DNA of 64,000 nt from Patescibacteria group bacterium (GTDB taxonomy: Bacteria; Patescibacteriota; Patescibacteriia; Patescibacteriales; UBA12465): the NCBI GenBank assembly GCA_016938835.1, contig JAFGTW010000037.1:9918-73917 (forward strand), in the 5' to 3' direction. The position numbers and the translations under genes were made by a program. The notes under the pieces were generated by a model that searched no databases, was not told where the DNA came from, and saw only the letters and a list, made by a program, of their open reading frames with translations. This document shows positions 1 through 9,556 of the stretch, piece after piece (position 1 is the stretch's first letter; the number at the start of each line of letters is the position of its first letter).

Positions 1-1401
1 ATGTTTGATATGGGCTTTGCTCCTCAAATTGAGGAAGTTTTGAAACGTGTTCCGGTTGGTCGTCAAACTTTATTATTTTCTGCCACTATGCCAACAGCTG
101 TTATGAAATTGGCAGAAAAACATTTACGTGCTCCTGTTAGAATTGAAGTTTCTCCAGCTGGTAGTACGGCGGAATTAGTTGAACAAGAAATTCTTGTTTT
201 ACCTCGTGAAGCTCGCTTTGATCAAATGTTATTATTACTAGATGAGTTTAAAGGTTCAGTTTTAATTTTTGTTCGCACCAAACATGGCGCTACTAAGTTA
301 ACTAAAAAACTTTTATTTGATGGTTTTAAAGCAGCGGAAATTCATTCCAATCTTTCTTTTGCTCAACGCCAAGCTGCTTTAGCAGGTTTTAAGAGTGGAA
401 AACATCGTATTCTTGTAGCTACCGATGTGGCGGCGAGAGGTTTGGATATTAATGATATTGAATTAGTGTTAAATTTTGATTTGCCTGATAATTCTGAGGA
501 CTATGTGCATCGAATTGGACGTACTGCTCGAGCTGGCAAGAAAGGGAAGGCCGTCTCTTTTGCTTCGTCTGATCAGTATCGTGAAATTCAAAAGATTGAA
601 CGTTTAATTAGAAAGAATTTACCTGTTAGAAATATAGGGTCTGCAGTTAACCGTCCTCGTATTGATCAGCGGCCAATGTCTGCTTCTCGTAATCAGAGCT
701 CTGCTCCGAGAAAGTTTACTCAAAATAACAATTTTAGAAAAGCTCCTCAGACTTCAGTAAGGACAAGAAATAGTGTGCCCGTTCGTAGTCGAGTAGCAGT
801 TGCTCCAGCGGAAAATTATAGTAGTCTCGGTTTCCGCAAGCGGGCCGCTATTACCGATGTCACCGCTACTCCAGATTATTTGCAAACATCTGAGCCTAAA
901 CGTCAGGATGCTTACCCAGCTAGAAAGTCTGCTCCATTTAGAGCAAAGGGAAAATTTTCCTCAAGAAATGATAAGTCTTATGCTCGTTCCGCTAAAAAAA
1001 CTGAAACCAAGCCAAGAGCAAATACGTCTGTGAATAGAGCAGATGTGCCCTTAATTGTTAATCCAGAATTTGATGGCGGCAACCGCTTTGCTTTCCGTCG
1101 TAAAATGTTTCAACTTAAAGAAGAAGCAAAAGGGCGCTCACCTAAACGCAGTTATACTAAAGCTGTCGGAGCTAAATCTGTTCCAGGCAAGAAGAGCGAA
1201 ATCGCTAAACCTTATCGGGAGACAAAAAATAAAACCGCCGAGACAAAGCCATATCGTGAATTAAAGATGGGGGTTAGATCTTCCGGTTACAAAGTCTTTA
1301 AGGGTAAAGAAACTTTTGCCGCTAAAGATAAGGAGCAAGAGAAAGCTGCGCGACCTACTTTTAAGGCAAAAGCCTTTAAACCTCGATTCAAGAAGAAATA
1401 A
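1..1401 (+). CDS. DEAD-box RNA helicase, 5'-truncated by the window edge, with a long basic low-complexity C-terminal tail
   Basis: Begins at MFDMGF (just after DEAD motif II); SAT motif III, LVATDVAARGLD motif V, HRIGRTARAG motif VI; about 250 aa K/R-rich tail. Confidence 0.93.
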   Translation: MFDMGFAPQIEEVLKRVPVGRQTLLFSATMPTAVMKLAEKHLRAPVRIEVSPAGSTAELVEQEILVLPREARFDQMLLLLDEFKGSVLIFVRTKHGATKLTKKLLFDGFKAAEIHSNLSFAQRQAALAGFKSGKHRILVATDVAARGLDINDIELVLNFDLPDNSEDYVHRIGRTARAGKKGKAVSFASSDQYREIQKIERLIRKNLPVRNIGSAVNRPRIDQRPMSASRNQSSAPRKFTQNNNFRKAPQTSVRTRNSVPVRSRVAVAPAENYSSLGFRKRAAITDVTATPDYLQTSEPKRQDAYPARKSAPFRAKGKFSSRNDKSYARSAKKTETKPRANTSVNRADVPLIVNPEFDGGNRFAFRRKMFQLKEEAKGRSPKRSYTKAVGAKSVPGKKSEIAKPYRETKNKTAETKPYRELKMGVRSSGYKVFKGKETFAAKDKEQEKAARPTFKAKAFKPRFKKK

Positions 1402-1408
1402 AATACAT

Positions 1409-1435
1409 AAAATCGCTCTCTTTGGGCGGTTTTTT
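1409..1435 (+). terminator. Intrinsic terminator after the helicase
   Basis: aaaatcgctc-tcttt-gggcggtttt stem (with G-U pairs) running into a T-tract. Confidence 0.7.
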
Positions 1436-1445
1436 GTTTGTACCT

Positions 1446-1474
1446 TTGCCCCCATCTTCATATTACTCTATAAT
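1446..1474 (+). promoter_or_regulatory. sigma70 promoter for the hydrolase operon
   Basis: TTGCCC-17 nt-TATAAT upstream of ATG 1497. Confidence 0.6.
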
Positions 1475-1496
1475 ATATAGAACTAATAATAATTTT

Positions 1497-2369
1497 ATGA
1501 ATTTTTCTTTTGTCTCATTTTCTACGCCCAAAAAAGTTAATTTAAAAGGCCTTTGGCTTGGCAGTCAAAGACCTGATAATTTATTTATTTTTTTGCATGG
1601 CTTAAATGATAGTATTTTTTCTCGTGCTGAATTAATGACAGTCCTAGCGACTGGAAAAGATGCTGTTTTGACTTTTAACAACCGCGGCTCAGGTACAATT
1701 AATTATTTTAAAACCGACAAGAAAAATAAAGAGAGACTATTGGCTGGAGTAGCTCATGAGGTTTTTACCGATTGTCTAGACGATATTGACGGTGCTATTA
1801 ATCATGCTTTAACTTATAAACCTAAGAGGATATTTTTAATTGGTCATTCCACGGGCTGCCAAAAAAGTATATATTATTTATCCAAACGAGCTCAGTCTAA
1901 GCTTAAGGGCGCAATTTTACTAGCTCCAATTAGCGACTATGCTAGCATTAATTTATTGGCCCCAGCTGGTAAAAAGAAATATCAAAAAGCTTTAAAAGAG
2001 GCACAGGCCTTAGTTAAGGCAGGAAAACCACACGCATTACTAAAAAATGATTTTATCCCTAGAGAGATAGATGCTCAGAGATTTATTAGTTTATATACGG
2101 CTGATAGTAAAGAAGAAATTTTTAATTATGAATCGGGTAAAAAGTCTAAGGACTTATTACGAGTGAAACAGCCGATTTTAGCTTTTTTAGCTGAATATGA
2201 TGAGTATGCGGATAGGTCAGCGGAGGATATTGCCACTTGGCTAGATTCTCACAATAAGACAGGGAAGCATTTAAAAACGGTAATTATCACAGAAGCTGAT
2301 CATGGCTTTACTGATCAAGAAAATAAAGTAAAACAACAAATCAAGACTTGGCTGAAAAAGATTAAATAA
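1497..2369 (+). CDS. Alpha/beta hydrolase (DUF1749-like)
   Basis: FLHGL, nucleophile elbow GHSTG, late ADHGF His; start moved from 1422 to ATG 1497 because 1422 lies inside the terminator. Confidence 0.8.
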   Translation: MNFSFVSFSTPKKVNLKGLWLGSQRPDNLFIFLHGLNDSIFSRAELMTVLATGKDAVLTFNNRGSGTINYFKTDKKNKERLLAGVAHEVFTDCLDDIDGAINHALTYKPKRIFLIGHSTGCQKSIYYLSKRAQSKLKGAILLAPISDYASINLLAPAGKKKYQKALKEAQALVKAGKPHALLKNDFIPREIDAQRFISLYTADSKEEIFNYESGKKSKDLLRVKQPILAFLAEYDEYADRSAEDIATWLDSHNKTGKHLKTVIITEADHGFTDQENKVKQQIKTWLKKIK

Positions 2370-2377
2370 ATTTTTTT

Positions 2378-2881
2378 ATGAAAAAAGAAGTCATATGTCA
2401 TGATAATCAAAAAAATGAATTTTTAGTAGCAGTAGAAAAGTTTCGTTTTCGTCCGTCTGTTTACGGTCTTCTTATTCATGATGGTAAAATATTATTATCG
2501 CCTCAACATGACGGCTATGACTTTCCCGGCGGTGGCGTTAATATGGATGAAAGTTTAGAGGAGGCTTTGCAGCGTGAGTTTTGGGAAGAAACTGGTTTAA
2601 AAATTAAACTTGGTCAAATAATTGAGGCTCACTCTTCTTTTTATAAGCCTGGTGTAAGGCCTGGACGCCTTGAAGATGAGTATTGGAATTGTCAACTTAT
2701 ATATTTTTTAGTGGAACAGACTGGCGGTGAACTTTCTCTAGACTACATTGACGACGATGAAAAAGGTTATCTATCCTTGGCCACCTGGATTGATATTGAT
2801 AAATTAGATAATTTGAAGTTCTATAATCAATTAGGTTCTAAAGGTAGTGTTGATTTGATTAGGTCTCAAATAAAAAATTAA
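2378..2881 (+). CDS. Nudix hydrolase
   Basis: Nudix box GGGVNMDESLEEALQREFWEETGL. Confidence 0.9.
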   Translation: MKKEVICHDNQKNEFLVAVEKFRFRPSVYGLLIHDGKILLSPQHDGYDFPGGGVNMDESLEEALQREFWEETGLKIKLGQIIEAHSSFYKPGVRPGRLEDEYWNCQLIYFLVEQTGGELSLDYIDDDEKGYLSLATWIDIDKLDNLKFYNQLGSKGSVDLIRSQIKN

Positions 2882-2893
2882 TTTAGTGTCATA

Positions 2894-3436
2894 ATGGAGA
2901 TTAGAGATGATTTAATGATTAGACATCGTCGCGTTCGCCGTTCGCGTCATGTTCGTTTAAGTCTATCGGCGGACGGACGTGTTTTGGTAACGCGTCCTTT
3001 TTGGGTGACAGAAAAGTTTGCCCAGACTTTTGTTGATCAGAAAAAGGAATGGCTCTATCAGCAATTGGAAAAATTAAAAAAAGTGCCAATTTCTCCTTTG
3101 GCACGAGGCACTCGAGCAGACTATCTGCGCTATAAGGAAAAGGCGAGAAAAATTGCTCAAGAACGTTTAGAATATTTTAATCAATTTTATCAATTTAAAT
3201 ATACTCGACTCAGTATTCGTGATCAAAAAACCCGCTGGGGCAGTTGTTCAAAAAGTGGAGGTTTAAATTTTAACTATCGACTAGTATTTTTATCACCTGA
3301 ATTAATTGACTATTTAATAGTTCACGAACTTTGCCACTTAAAACAATTAAATCATAGCCCCGCCTTTTGGAGCTTAGTCTCCAAGCAGATTCCTGATTAT
3401 AAAAAAAGTCGGCAAGAGTTGCATAATTTTAAATAA
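2894..3436 (+). CDS. YgjP/DUF45-like (M48/SprT-type) zinc-dependent hydrolase
   Basis: KTRWGSCS, DYLIVHELCH (HExxH), NHSPAFW. Confidence 0.88.
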   Translation: MEIRDDLMIRHRRVRRSRHVRLSLSADGRVLVTRPFWVTEKFAQTFVDQKKEWLYQQLEKLKKVPISPLARGTRADYLRYKEKARKIAQERLEYFNQFYQFKYTRLSIRDQKTRWGSCSKSGGLNFNYRLVFLSPELIDYLIVHELCHLKQLNHSPAFWSLVSKQIPDYKKSRQELHNFK

Positions 3437-3566
3437 AAATAAATAATAATTTTAGATTTAACGATATCTTGTTTAATTAATATAAGTATAATAAATAGCT
3501 TTTAAATCTATTTTATTCCTGTTATAATGTGCTTGAATATATTAATATTTTCTATTTTAAAATAAT

Positions 3567-5489
3567 ATGAAAAAATCAAAACGCTGGTATTGGATAATTG
3601 GTGCCGTAATTCTTATAATTGTGCTTATTTGGTGGTGGCAGTCAAGTAAAGATTCAGCACCAACTTACTCTACTGTTGATGTTGAATTTGGCCCCTTATT
3701 ACAAACTGTTAGTGAAACAGGCACTTTAAAGCCAGTAAAAGAGGTGGCTTTAAATTTTTTATCATCTGGCAGGGTTAAAAGTGTTGAGGTTGCAGTTGGT
3801 GATAAGATTTCTGCCGGAGCTGTTTTAGCTTCTTTAGATGATAATAGTTTGCAATCTCGCAAAGCTGAATTAGAAGCTGGTTTGCAAATTGCTCAAGCTT
3901 CATTATCTAAAACGTTGGCTGGGGCAAGTTCTCAATCAGTTTCCGTTAGTCGCTCTAATTTAAATCAAACTGAATCTGCTTTAGACTCGGCGGAAATTGA
4001 TTTACAAAAAACTAAACAAACGGTGGCTGAAAATATTCGTCAGGCAGAAAAAACTCTAGCCGATTTACAAGACGATACAATCACTAGTTTAACCACGCAA
4101 GAGCAAGCTATTAGTAGTGCTCAGACTTCTCTCGACAACGCTATTAAAACTGGAACCAAAAATATTACAAATGCTCGTAGTTCTGTTTTATTAATTATGA
4201 GCGATAAGATTTTAACAGCTCAAATTGCCTTAGATAATATCAATACAATTTTAACTGATGATAAAGCTAGTTCAGTTTTAGGTGTAAAAAATAGCTCCTT
4301 ACTTAATTTAACAGCTGGCGCTCGTTTGGCGGCCGTAGCTTTAATTGATGAGGCTCAAACGGCATTAGCTAATGTTGGTAGTCGCACCGATCAAGCTATT
4401 ATTGAAACGGCTGGACAAAATGTGCAGAATCTACTTACTAAAACTGATAGTGCCCTTGATTATTCTTATGCTATGTTAGAAGCCAGTATTACTAGTTCAG
4501 ATTTTCCTCAAGCAAGTCTTGATGCTTATAAATCTTTAGTTAGTTCTCAGTCTTCTTTAATTAATGCGGCTAGTACAGCGGTAGAAAATGGATTACAAGC
4601 CTTACGTAATGCATTTATTAATAATGATACAGCTATTGCTAGCGCTCAAGATGGTGTTCGTCAGGCTCAGGTAAATTTAAATAATGCAATTTTAGCAGCT
4701 AATAATAATTTAGAAAGTTTAAAGCTTAGTGGGTCTCAGCAAATTGCTACCGCACAAGCTAGAGTAGATAGTTCTGAACGGGCAGTAGAAGTTGCTAGGG
4801 CACAATTAAATAATACTCTCGCTCCAGCTCGTACTCAAGATTTAGCTTTGGCCCAGGCTCAAGTTAGTCAGGCTCAAGCCAGTCTAGCTGGCATTGAACA
4901 GCAAATTAGTGACACTATTCTCACTTCACCCTTGGAGGGCGTAGTTACAGCAGTAAATTATGAAATTGGTGAACAGTTTGGTGTTGGCGGTAAAGCAATG
5001 GTAACTATTTTGGTAAATAATAGTTTTAATGTTGAGGTTGACATCGCTGAATCAAATATTAGTAAGATTAAGATCGGCGATCCAGTTGATATTACTTTTG
5101 ATGCTTTTCCTGATGATTTTATTTTACCAGGTCAAGTTAGTTTCATTGAGCCAGCTCAGACTTTAATTCAAGATGTTGTTTATTATAAAGTTAAAGTTGA
5201 TTTTTATGATTTAAATAGTGTGATGAGTAAAATTGAAGCACGCGGCTTAACGCTTAAAGCCGGTATGACAGCTAATATTGTGATAACTACCGATAGACGC
5301 GAGAATGTTTTACAGGTTCCAGCTAGAGCTTTAATTGAAAAAGACGGACAAAAAATAATTAGATTGTTAGTTAATGGAGTTGCACAAGAAGTTCCAGTGG
5401 AAACCGGTCTCAGAGGTGATGAAGGTATGATTGAAATCTTAAGTGGTTTACAAAGTGGCGACACGGTTATTACCTTTGTCAAAAATTAA
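3567..5489 (+). CDS. Membrane-fusion (MacA/YknX-like) adaptor with a very long coiled coil
   Basis: N-terminal TM; lipoyl halves SGRVKSVEVAVGDKI and SPLEGVVTAV; LKAGMTA; VETGL..EILSGLQSGDTV. Confidence 0.88.
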   Translation: MKKSKRWYWIIGAVILIIVLIWWWQSSKDSAPTYSTVDVEFGPLLQTVSETGTLKPVKEVALNFLSSGRVKSVEVAVGDKISAGAVLASLDDNSLQSRKAELEAGLQIAQASLSKTLAGASSQSVSVSRSNLNQTESALDSAEIDLQKTKQTVAENIRQAEKTLADLQDDTITSLTTQEQAISSAQTSLDNAIKTGTKNITNARSSVLLIMSDKILTAQIALDNINTILTDDKASSVLGVKNSSLLNLTAGARLAAVALIDEAQTALANVGSRTDQAIIETAGQNVQNLLTKTDSALDYSYAMLEASITSSDFPQASLDAYKSLVSSQSSLINAASTAVENGLQALRNAFINNDTAIASAQDGVRQAQVNLNNAILAANNNLESLKLSGSQQIATAQARVDSSERAVEVARAQLNNTLAPARTQDLALAQAQVSQAQASLAGIEQQISDTILTSPLEGVVTAVNYEIGEQFGVGGKAMVTILVNNSFNVEVDIAESNISKIKIGDPVDITFDAFPDDFILPGQVSFIEPAQTLIQDVVYYKVKVDFYDLNSVMSKIEARGLTLKAGMTANIVITTDRRENVLQVPARALIEKDGQKIIRLLVNGVAQEVPVETGLRGDEGMIEILSGLQSGDTVITFVKN

Positions 5490-5501
5490 TCAATAATTGT
5501 T

Positions 5502-6224
5502 ATGGCACAAGCTTTAATTCAGTTAGACAACATCATTAAAACATATGTTAGTGGCGAGTTAGTAACGGAAGTTTTAAAAAACGTTAGTTTTAAGATTGAG
5601 AAAGGAGAATTTGTGTCTATTATGGGGCCGTCAGGTTCAGGCAAGTCTACATTAATGCATATTCTTGGTCTTTTAGAGCGTCCAAGTGAGGGAAAATATT
5701 TTTTTGCTCATAAAAATATTGCCGATTTAAATGATGAGGAATTGGCTCATTTACGTAATCGTGAAATTGGTTTCGTTTTCCAGTCTTTTAATTTATTAGC
5801 TCGCACCAGTGTACTTGATAATGTTAAATTGCCACTGATTTATTCTCAGAATAAGAAAAAGATGGATGCTAGAGCGGCAAAAGTTTTAAAAAGCGTTGGA
5901 TTAGAACATCGTCTTCATTATTTTACTAATCAAATTTCTGGAGGAGAGAAGCAAAGGGTGGCGATTGCTAGGGCGCTTGTAAATGAACCGGCGGTAATTT
6001 TTGCCGATGAGCCGACGGGAAATTTAGATTCAAAATCAGGGGTTCAGGTTATGAAGATTTTGCAGGATTTAAATGCCCAAGGTAAGACAATTATTTTAGT
6101 TACTCACGAAACTTTTACCGCTGAGCATGCTAAGCGTATTATTCAAGTACATGATGGTCAGATTGTTAGCGATAAGGTTGTTAAGAATCGTCGTTTTGCT
6201 AATGAAGGTGAGCTTTTGAAATAA
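5502..6224 (+). CDS. MacB/LolD-family ABC ATPase
   Basis: GPSGSGKST, ISGGEKQRVAIARAL, FADEPTGNLD, VTHE. Confidence 0.95.
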   Translation: MAQALIQLDNIIKTYVSGELVTEVLKNVSFKIEKGEFVSIMGPSGSGKSTLMHILGLLERPSEGKYFFAHKNIADLNDEELAHLRNREIGFVFQSFNLLARTSVLDNVKLPLIYSQNKKKMDARAAKVLKSVGLEHRLHYFTNQISGGEKQRVAIARALVNEPAVIFADEPTGNLDSKSGVQVMKILQDLNAQGKTIILVTHETFTAEHAKRIIQVHDGQIVSDKVVKNRRFANEGELLK

Positions 6225-6229
6225 AAATT

Positions 6230-7477
6230 ATGTGGGAGAATATTCGTCAATTAATCATGCTAGTATCCCGGGCCTTGTTTAGTAATAAGACCCGGAGTTT
6301 TTTAACCATGCTTGGCATTATTATTGGTGTCGGTGCAGTTGTTTTGATTATGTCTTTAGGCGCGGGTGCTCAATCTTTAATTTTAGGACAATTAGAAGGT
6401 TTTGGCGGCGATCTTATTGGTGTTCTTCCTGGTCAATCAGATTCTAACGGACCGCCAGCAGCTGTTTTCGGAGTTAAAGTTACTAGTTTAAAAATAGGTG
6501 ATGCCCAGGCCTTTAAAGATGAAAAAAATGTTTCCCATGTGGACGCAGTAGTTGCTTATTATCAAACTAGCGTTCCTCTTTTTTGGCGAGATCAGAGCTA
6601 TGATACAACCTTGCAGGGAGTTGATGGTGATTATTTATCTGTTGATGGTGGCGAAGTAGCGGCTGGGCGTTTTTTTAGTATTGATGAAATGTCGTCAAAT
6701 CTACGTTTGGTTGTTTTGGGTAGTACGGTAGCGTCTGAGCTGTTTGCCTATAATGATCCTATTGGACAGAAAATAAAAGTTGCCAATCAGTCAGCTACCG
6801 TGATTGGTGTAATGAAAGAAAGAGGACAAGTTGGTTTTCAAAATTATGATGATTTAATCTTAAGTCCACTTGAGTTCGCGCAGAAAGAAATTGCCAGCGT
6901 TAATTATTTAAGTGCTATTAGAATTAAACTTGATTCGGCTGACAATATTGATGAGAGCATGGAAATGGTTCGACAAACTTTACGCGAGCGTCATGGCATT
7001 ACTGACCCAGCTGATGATGATTTTTCTGTACGTAGTTTTCGTGACGCCTTAGCGCTAGTTACTAGTATTACCGATGCTTTAAGATATTTCTTAGCGGCGA
7101 TGGCAGCCTTGTCTTTACTGGTCGGTGGCATTGGTATTATGAATATTATGTTAGTTAGTGTGACTGAGCGAACACGTGAGATTGGCTTACGTAAAGCCAT
7201 CGGCGCTACTAATAGACAGGTTTTGAGTCAGTTTTTATTTGAAGCCATCGCCTTAACTTTAATTGGAGGTGTTATAGGATTAATTGGTGGTATGTTATTT
7301 TCATATTTAGCGGCCGTTATTGTGCGCTCGCTTGGTTATCGTTGGGATTTTGTTATTTCTATGTCTTCCATTATTGTCGCTATTGGTCTTTCAACTTTGA
7401 TTGGTGTTATTTTCGGTTATTATCCTGCTAAACGGGCTAGTCGCCTTAGTCCAATAGATGCTTTACGCTACGAATAA
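6230..7477 (+). CDS. MacB-family ABC permease (copy 1)
   Basis: RSFLTMLGIIIGV, VGGIGIMNIMLVSVTERTREIGLRKAIGA, PIDALRYE. Confidence 0.93.
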   Translation: MWENIRQLIMLVSRALFSNKTRSFLTMLGIIIGVGAVVLIMSLGAGAQSLILGQLEGFGGDLIGVLPGQSDSNGPPAAVFGVKVTSLKIGDAQAFKDEKNVSHVDAVVAYYQTSVPLFWRDQSYDTTLQGVDGDYLSVDGGEVAAGRFFSIDEMSSNLRLVVLGSTVASELFAYNDPIGQKIKVANQSATVIGVMKERGQVGFQNYDDLILSPLEFAQKEIASVNYLSAIRIKLDSADNIDESMEMVRQTLRERHGITDPADDDFSVRSFRDALALVTSITDALRYFLAAMAALSLLVGGIGIMNIMLVSVTERTREIGLRKAIGATNRQVLSQFLFEAIALTLIGGVIGLIGGMLFSYLAAVIVRSLGYRWDFVISMSSIIVAIGLSTLIGVIFGYYPAKRASRLSPIDALRYE

Positions 7478-7481
7478 GTTT

Positions 7482-8708
7482 ATGCAATTAATTATCGCTT
7501 TTCAATTAGCTTGGAATTCTCTACGTCTTAATTTATTAAGGACGAGCTTAACTGTGCTTGGTGTAGTTATTGGTGTTGCGGCGATTATTATTGTCTTTGC
7601 GGCTGGTAGTGGTATTAGTAATTTGGTTTCTGGCGAAATTGAGTCATATGGCACTAATGTTATTCAAACCGAAACGAAAGTGCCTGGCTCAAATGGTCCG
7701 AGTGTTTCTGAAGTTACCAGTTTAAAATTATCTGACATGGAGGCGATTAATAAATTGGATAATGTTGAGGATAGTTACGCTGTCTCTCTTGGTCAGCAAA
7801 AAGTTAGTTATGCCGCTGAGAGTGTTAAAGTTTTTTTGTTTGGCACTAGTGCTCCTTACGCTCAAATTGATACTAAAACTAAATTAGCGGAAGGTGTATA
7901 TTTCAGTGAAGAGGACGATCGCAGTCAGGCGGCGGTAGTTGTACTGGGGGCGACTCTTAAAGAAACTTTATTTGGTGATCAAAAAGCTTTGGGTAATTTT
8001 ATAAAAATTGGTACAAAGAAATTTCAAGTTATTGGTGTTTTAGAGGAGCAGGGCGGAGGTGCTAGTTTTTTAGATTTTGATAATACTCTTTATATACCCA
8101 TTCAGACCCTGCATAAACGCATTTTAGGCATTGATTATGCTATGTATTTCATGCATCAAATTCGTGATCTCAATCAGGCTGAAGAAACGGCTGCCGAAAT
8201 TCGTTCAGTTTTACGTGATCGTCATGATATTAGTGATCCAGAAAAAGATGATTTTCGTGTTTCTACGATGGCGGAGATGCTTGATACCCTAGGCACAGTG
8301 ACCGGAGCAGTTACGTATTTGCTTTTAGCTATCGTCCTTATCTCTTTATTGGTTGGTGGTGTTGGTATAATGAATATCATGTATGTAACCGTGACTGAAC
8401 GTACGCCGGAAATTGGATTACGTAAGGCGATGGGAGCAACGGCCAGCGATGTAGCTTGGCAATTTCTAATTGAATCTCTGCTTATTACTTTTTGGGGTTG
8501 GGTATTAGGAGTGATTTTTGGGGTACTTGCTTCTTTTGCTTTAAGTTTATTAGCTCAGCATTTTAATTTGAATTGGCAATTTTCTTGGCCTTGGCAGGGA
8601 ATTGCTCTATCACTTTTATTTTCTCTTATCTGTGGCCTTCTTTTTGGCTATCGTCCTGCAAATCAGGCTTCACGTCTTGATCCAGTGACGGCTTTAAGGG
8701 CGGAATAA
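7482..8708 (+). CDS. MacB-family ABC permease (copy 2)
   Basis: RTSLTVLGVVIGV, VGGVGIMNIMYVTVTERTPEIGLRKAMGA, PVTALRAE; ATG 7482 preferred over 7458. Confidence 0.92.
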   Translation: MQLIIAFQLAWNSLRLNLLRTSLTVLGVVIGVAAIIIVFAAGSGISNLVSGEIESYGTNVIQTETKVPGSNGPSVSEVTSLKLSDMEAINKLDNVEDSYAVSLGQQKVSYAAESVKVFLFGTSAPYAQIDTKTKLAEGVYFSEEDDRSQAAVVVLGATLKETLFGDQKALGNFIKIGTKKFQVIGVLEEQGGGASFLDFDNTLYIPIQTLHKRILGIDYAMYFMHQIRDLNQAEETAAEIRSVLRDRHDISDPEKDDFRVSTMAEMLDTLGTVTGAVTYLLLAIVLISLLVGGVGIMNIMYVTVTERTPEIGLRKAMGATASDVAWQFLIESLLITFWGWVLGVIFGVLASFALSLLAQHFNLNWQFSWPWQGIALSLLFSLICGLLFGYRPANQASRLDPVTALRAE

Positions 8709-8735
8709 ATCTTTTAATTATTAATATTTAAATGT

Positions 8736-8758
8736 AAAGACCGTTATTGGTCTTTTTT
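8736..8758 (+). terminator. Intrinsic terminator after the efflux operon
   Basis: aaagacc-gttatt-ggtcttt plus T-tract. Confidence 0.65.
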
Positions 8759-8772
8759 ATTATAAAATTAAA

Positions 8773-8804
8773 GTGGAAGAAAAAATCTGAACAAGCGTAG
8801 TACT
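8773..8804 (+). promoter_or_regulatory. Putative ECF-sigma promoter
   Basis: GTGGAAGAAAA...ACAAGCGTAGTACT; matches the motif upstream of the ECF sigma gene at 14001-14034. Confidence 0.55.
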
Positions 8805-8905
8805 ATTTGGAGGCGCCAAGATACATTATTTACAAATTTAATAAAAATAAAATTAATTAGTTTATGTGAGGGTTGTCTAACATCTCTTAAATAAATAATA
8901 AAAAT

Positions 8906-9421
8906 ATGAAAAAGAAAAATATTGTTACCACTAGTGTATTAAGTTTAGCCATGATTGCTCTAGCTGCTGGATTTGCTTTTAATGCTTATGCACAGACACC
9001 AGACACCAACACCGCCAAAGCTATGTTTAGAGGCGAAGGCTTCAGACAAAATGTAAATTTCACTGACGAACAGAAGGCGGATATGGAGGCTCGTCGTGCA
9101 GAGATGGAGACTATTAGAGCTGAGCATCAAGCGGCTATGCAGACAGCTTTAAATAGCGGTAATTATGATACTTGGGTGCAAGTAGTTAAGAATCAGATGG
9201 GTGATAATGCTCCAATTCTAAGTCAAGTTACATCTGATAATTTTTCTCAATTTACTGAAGCTCATAACTTAATGATTCAGGCCCAGGAAAAATTTGCCGC
9301 TATCGGCGTTGACCGCGGTTTTGGTATGCATGATGGTTCTGGTCGTGGTGAAGGAATAGGCAGAGGCATGGGACGTGGTTTAGGTTTAAACCGCACCGCC
9401 AGTACCGTTAATGCTCAATAA
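8906..9421 (+). CDS. Secreted helical protein (Spy/ZraP-like architecture) with a Gly/Arg/Met-rich tail
   Basis: Signal peptide ending AYA, FTDEQKADMEARRAEM helix, GRGEGIGRGMGRG tail. Confidence 0.6.
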   Translation: MKKKNIVTTSVLSLAMIALAAGFAFNAYAQTPDTNTAKAMFRGEGFRQNVNFTDEQKADMEARRAEMETIRAEHQAAMQTALNSGNYDTWVQVVKNQMGDNAPILSQVTSDNFSQFTEAHNLMIQAQEKFAAIGVDRGFGMHDGSGRGEGIGRGMGRGLGLNRTASTVNAQ

Positions 9422-9479
9422 TATATAGGTTTAATAGAAATAATCTGGGTAGAGGCTTCCAAGTCCTCGTCCTGACAAT

Positions 9480-9541
9480 AAGCTCCCGAAGAGGGGCTTT
9501 TTGTTATAAAAAAGCGACCCGAGCAGGGCCGCTTTCTTTTT
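9480..9541. terminator. Two back-to-back terminator hairpins between convergent genes
   Basis: agctcc-cgaaga-ggggct+tttt and aaaaagcg..ccc-gagca-ggg..cgcttt. Confidence 0.65.
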
Positions 9542-9556
9542 GTATAAATTTTGTGT

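Noticed and set aside
9446-9473. Hairpin as a possible riboswitch
   Set aside because: Lies in a 3' UTR between convergent genes; no aptamer recognised.
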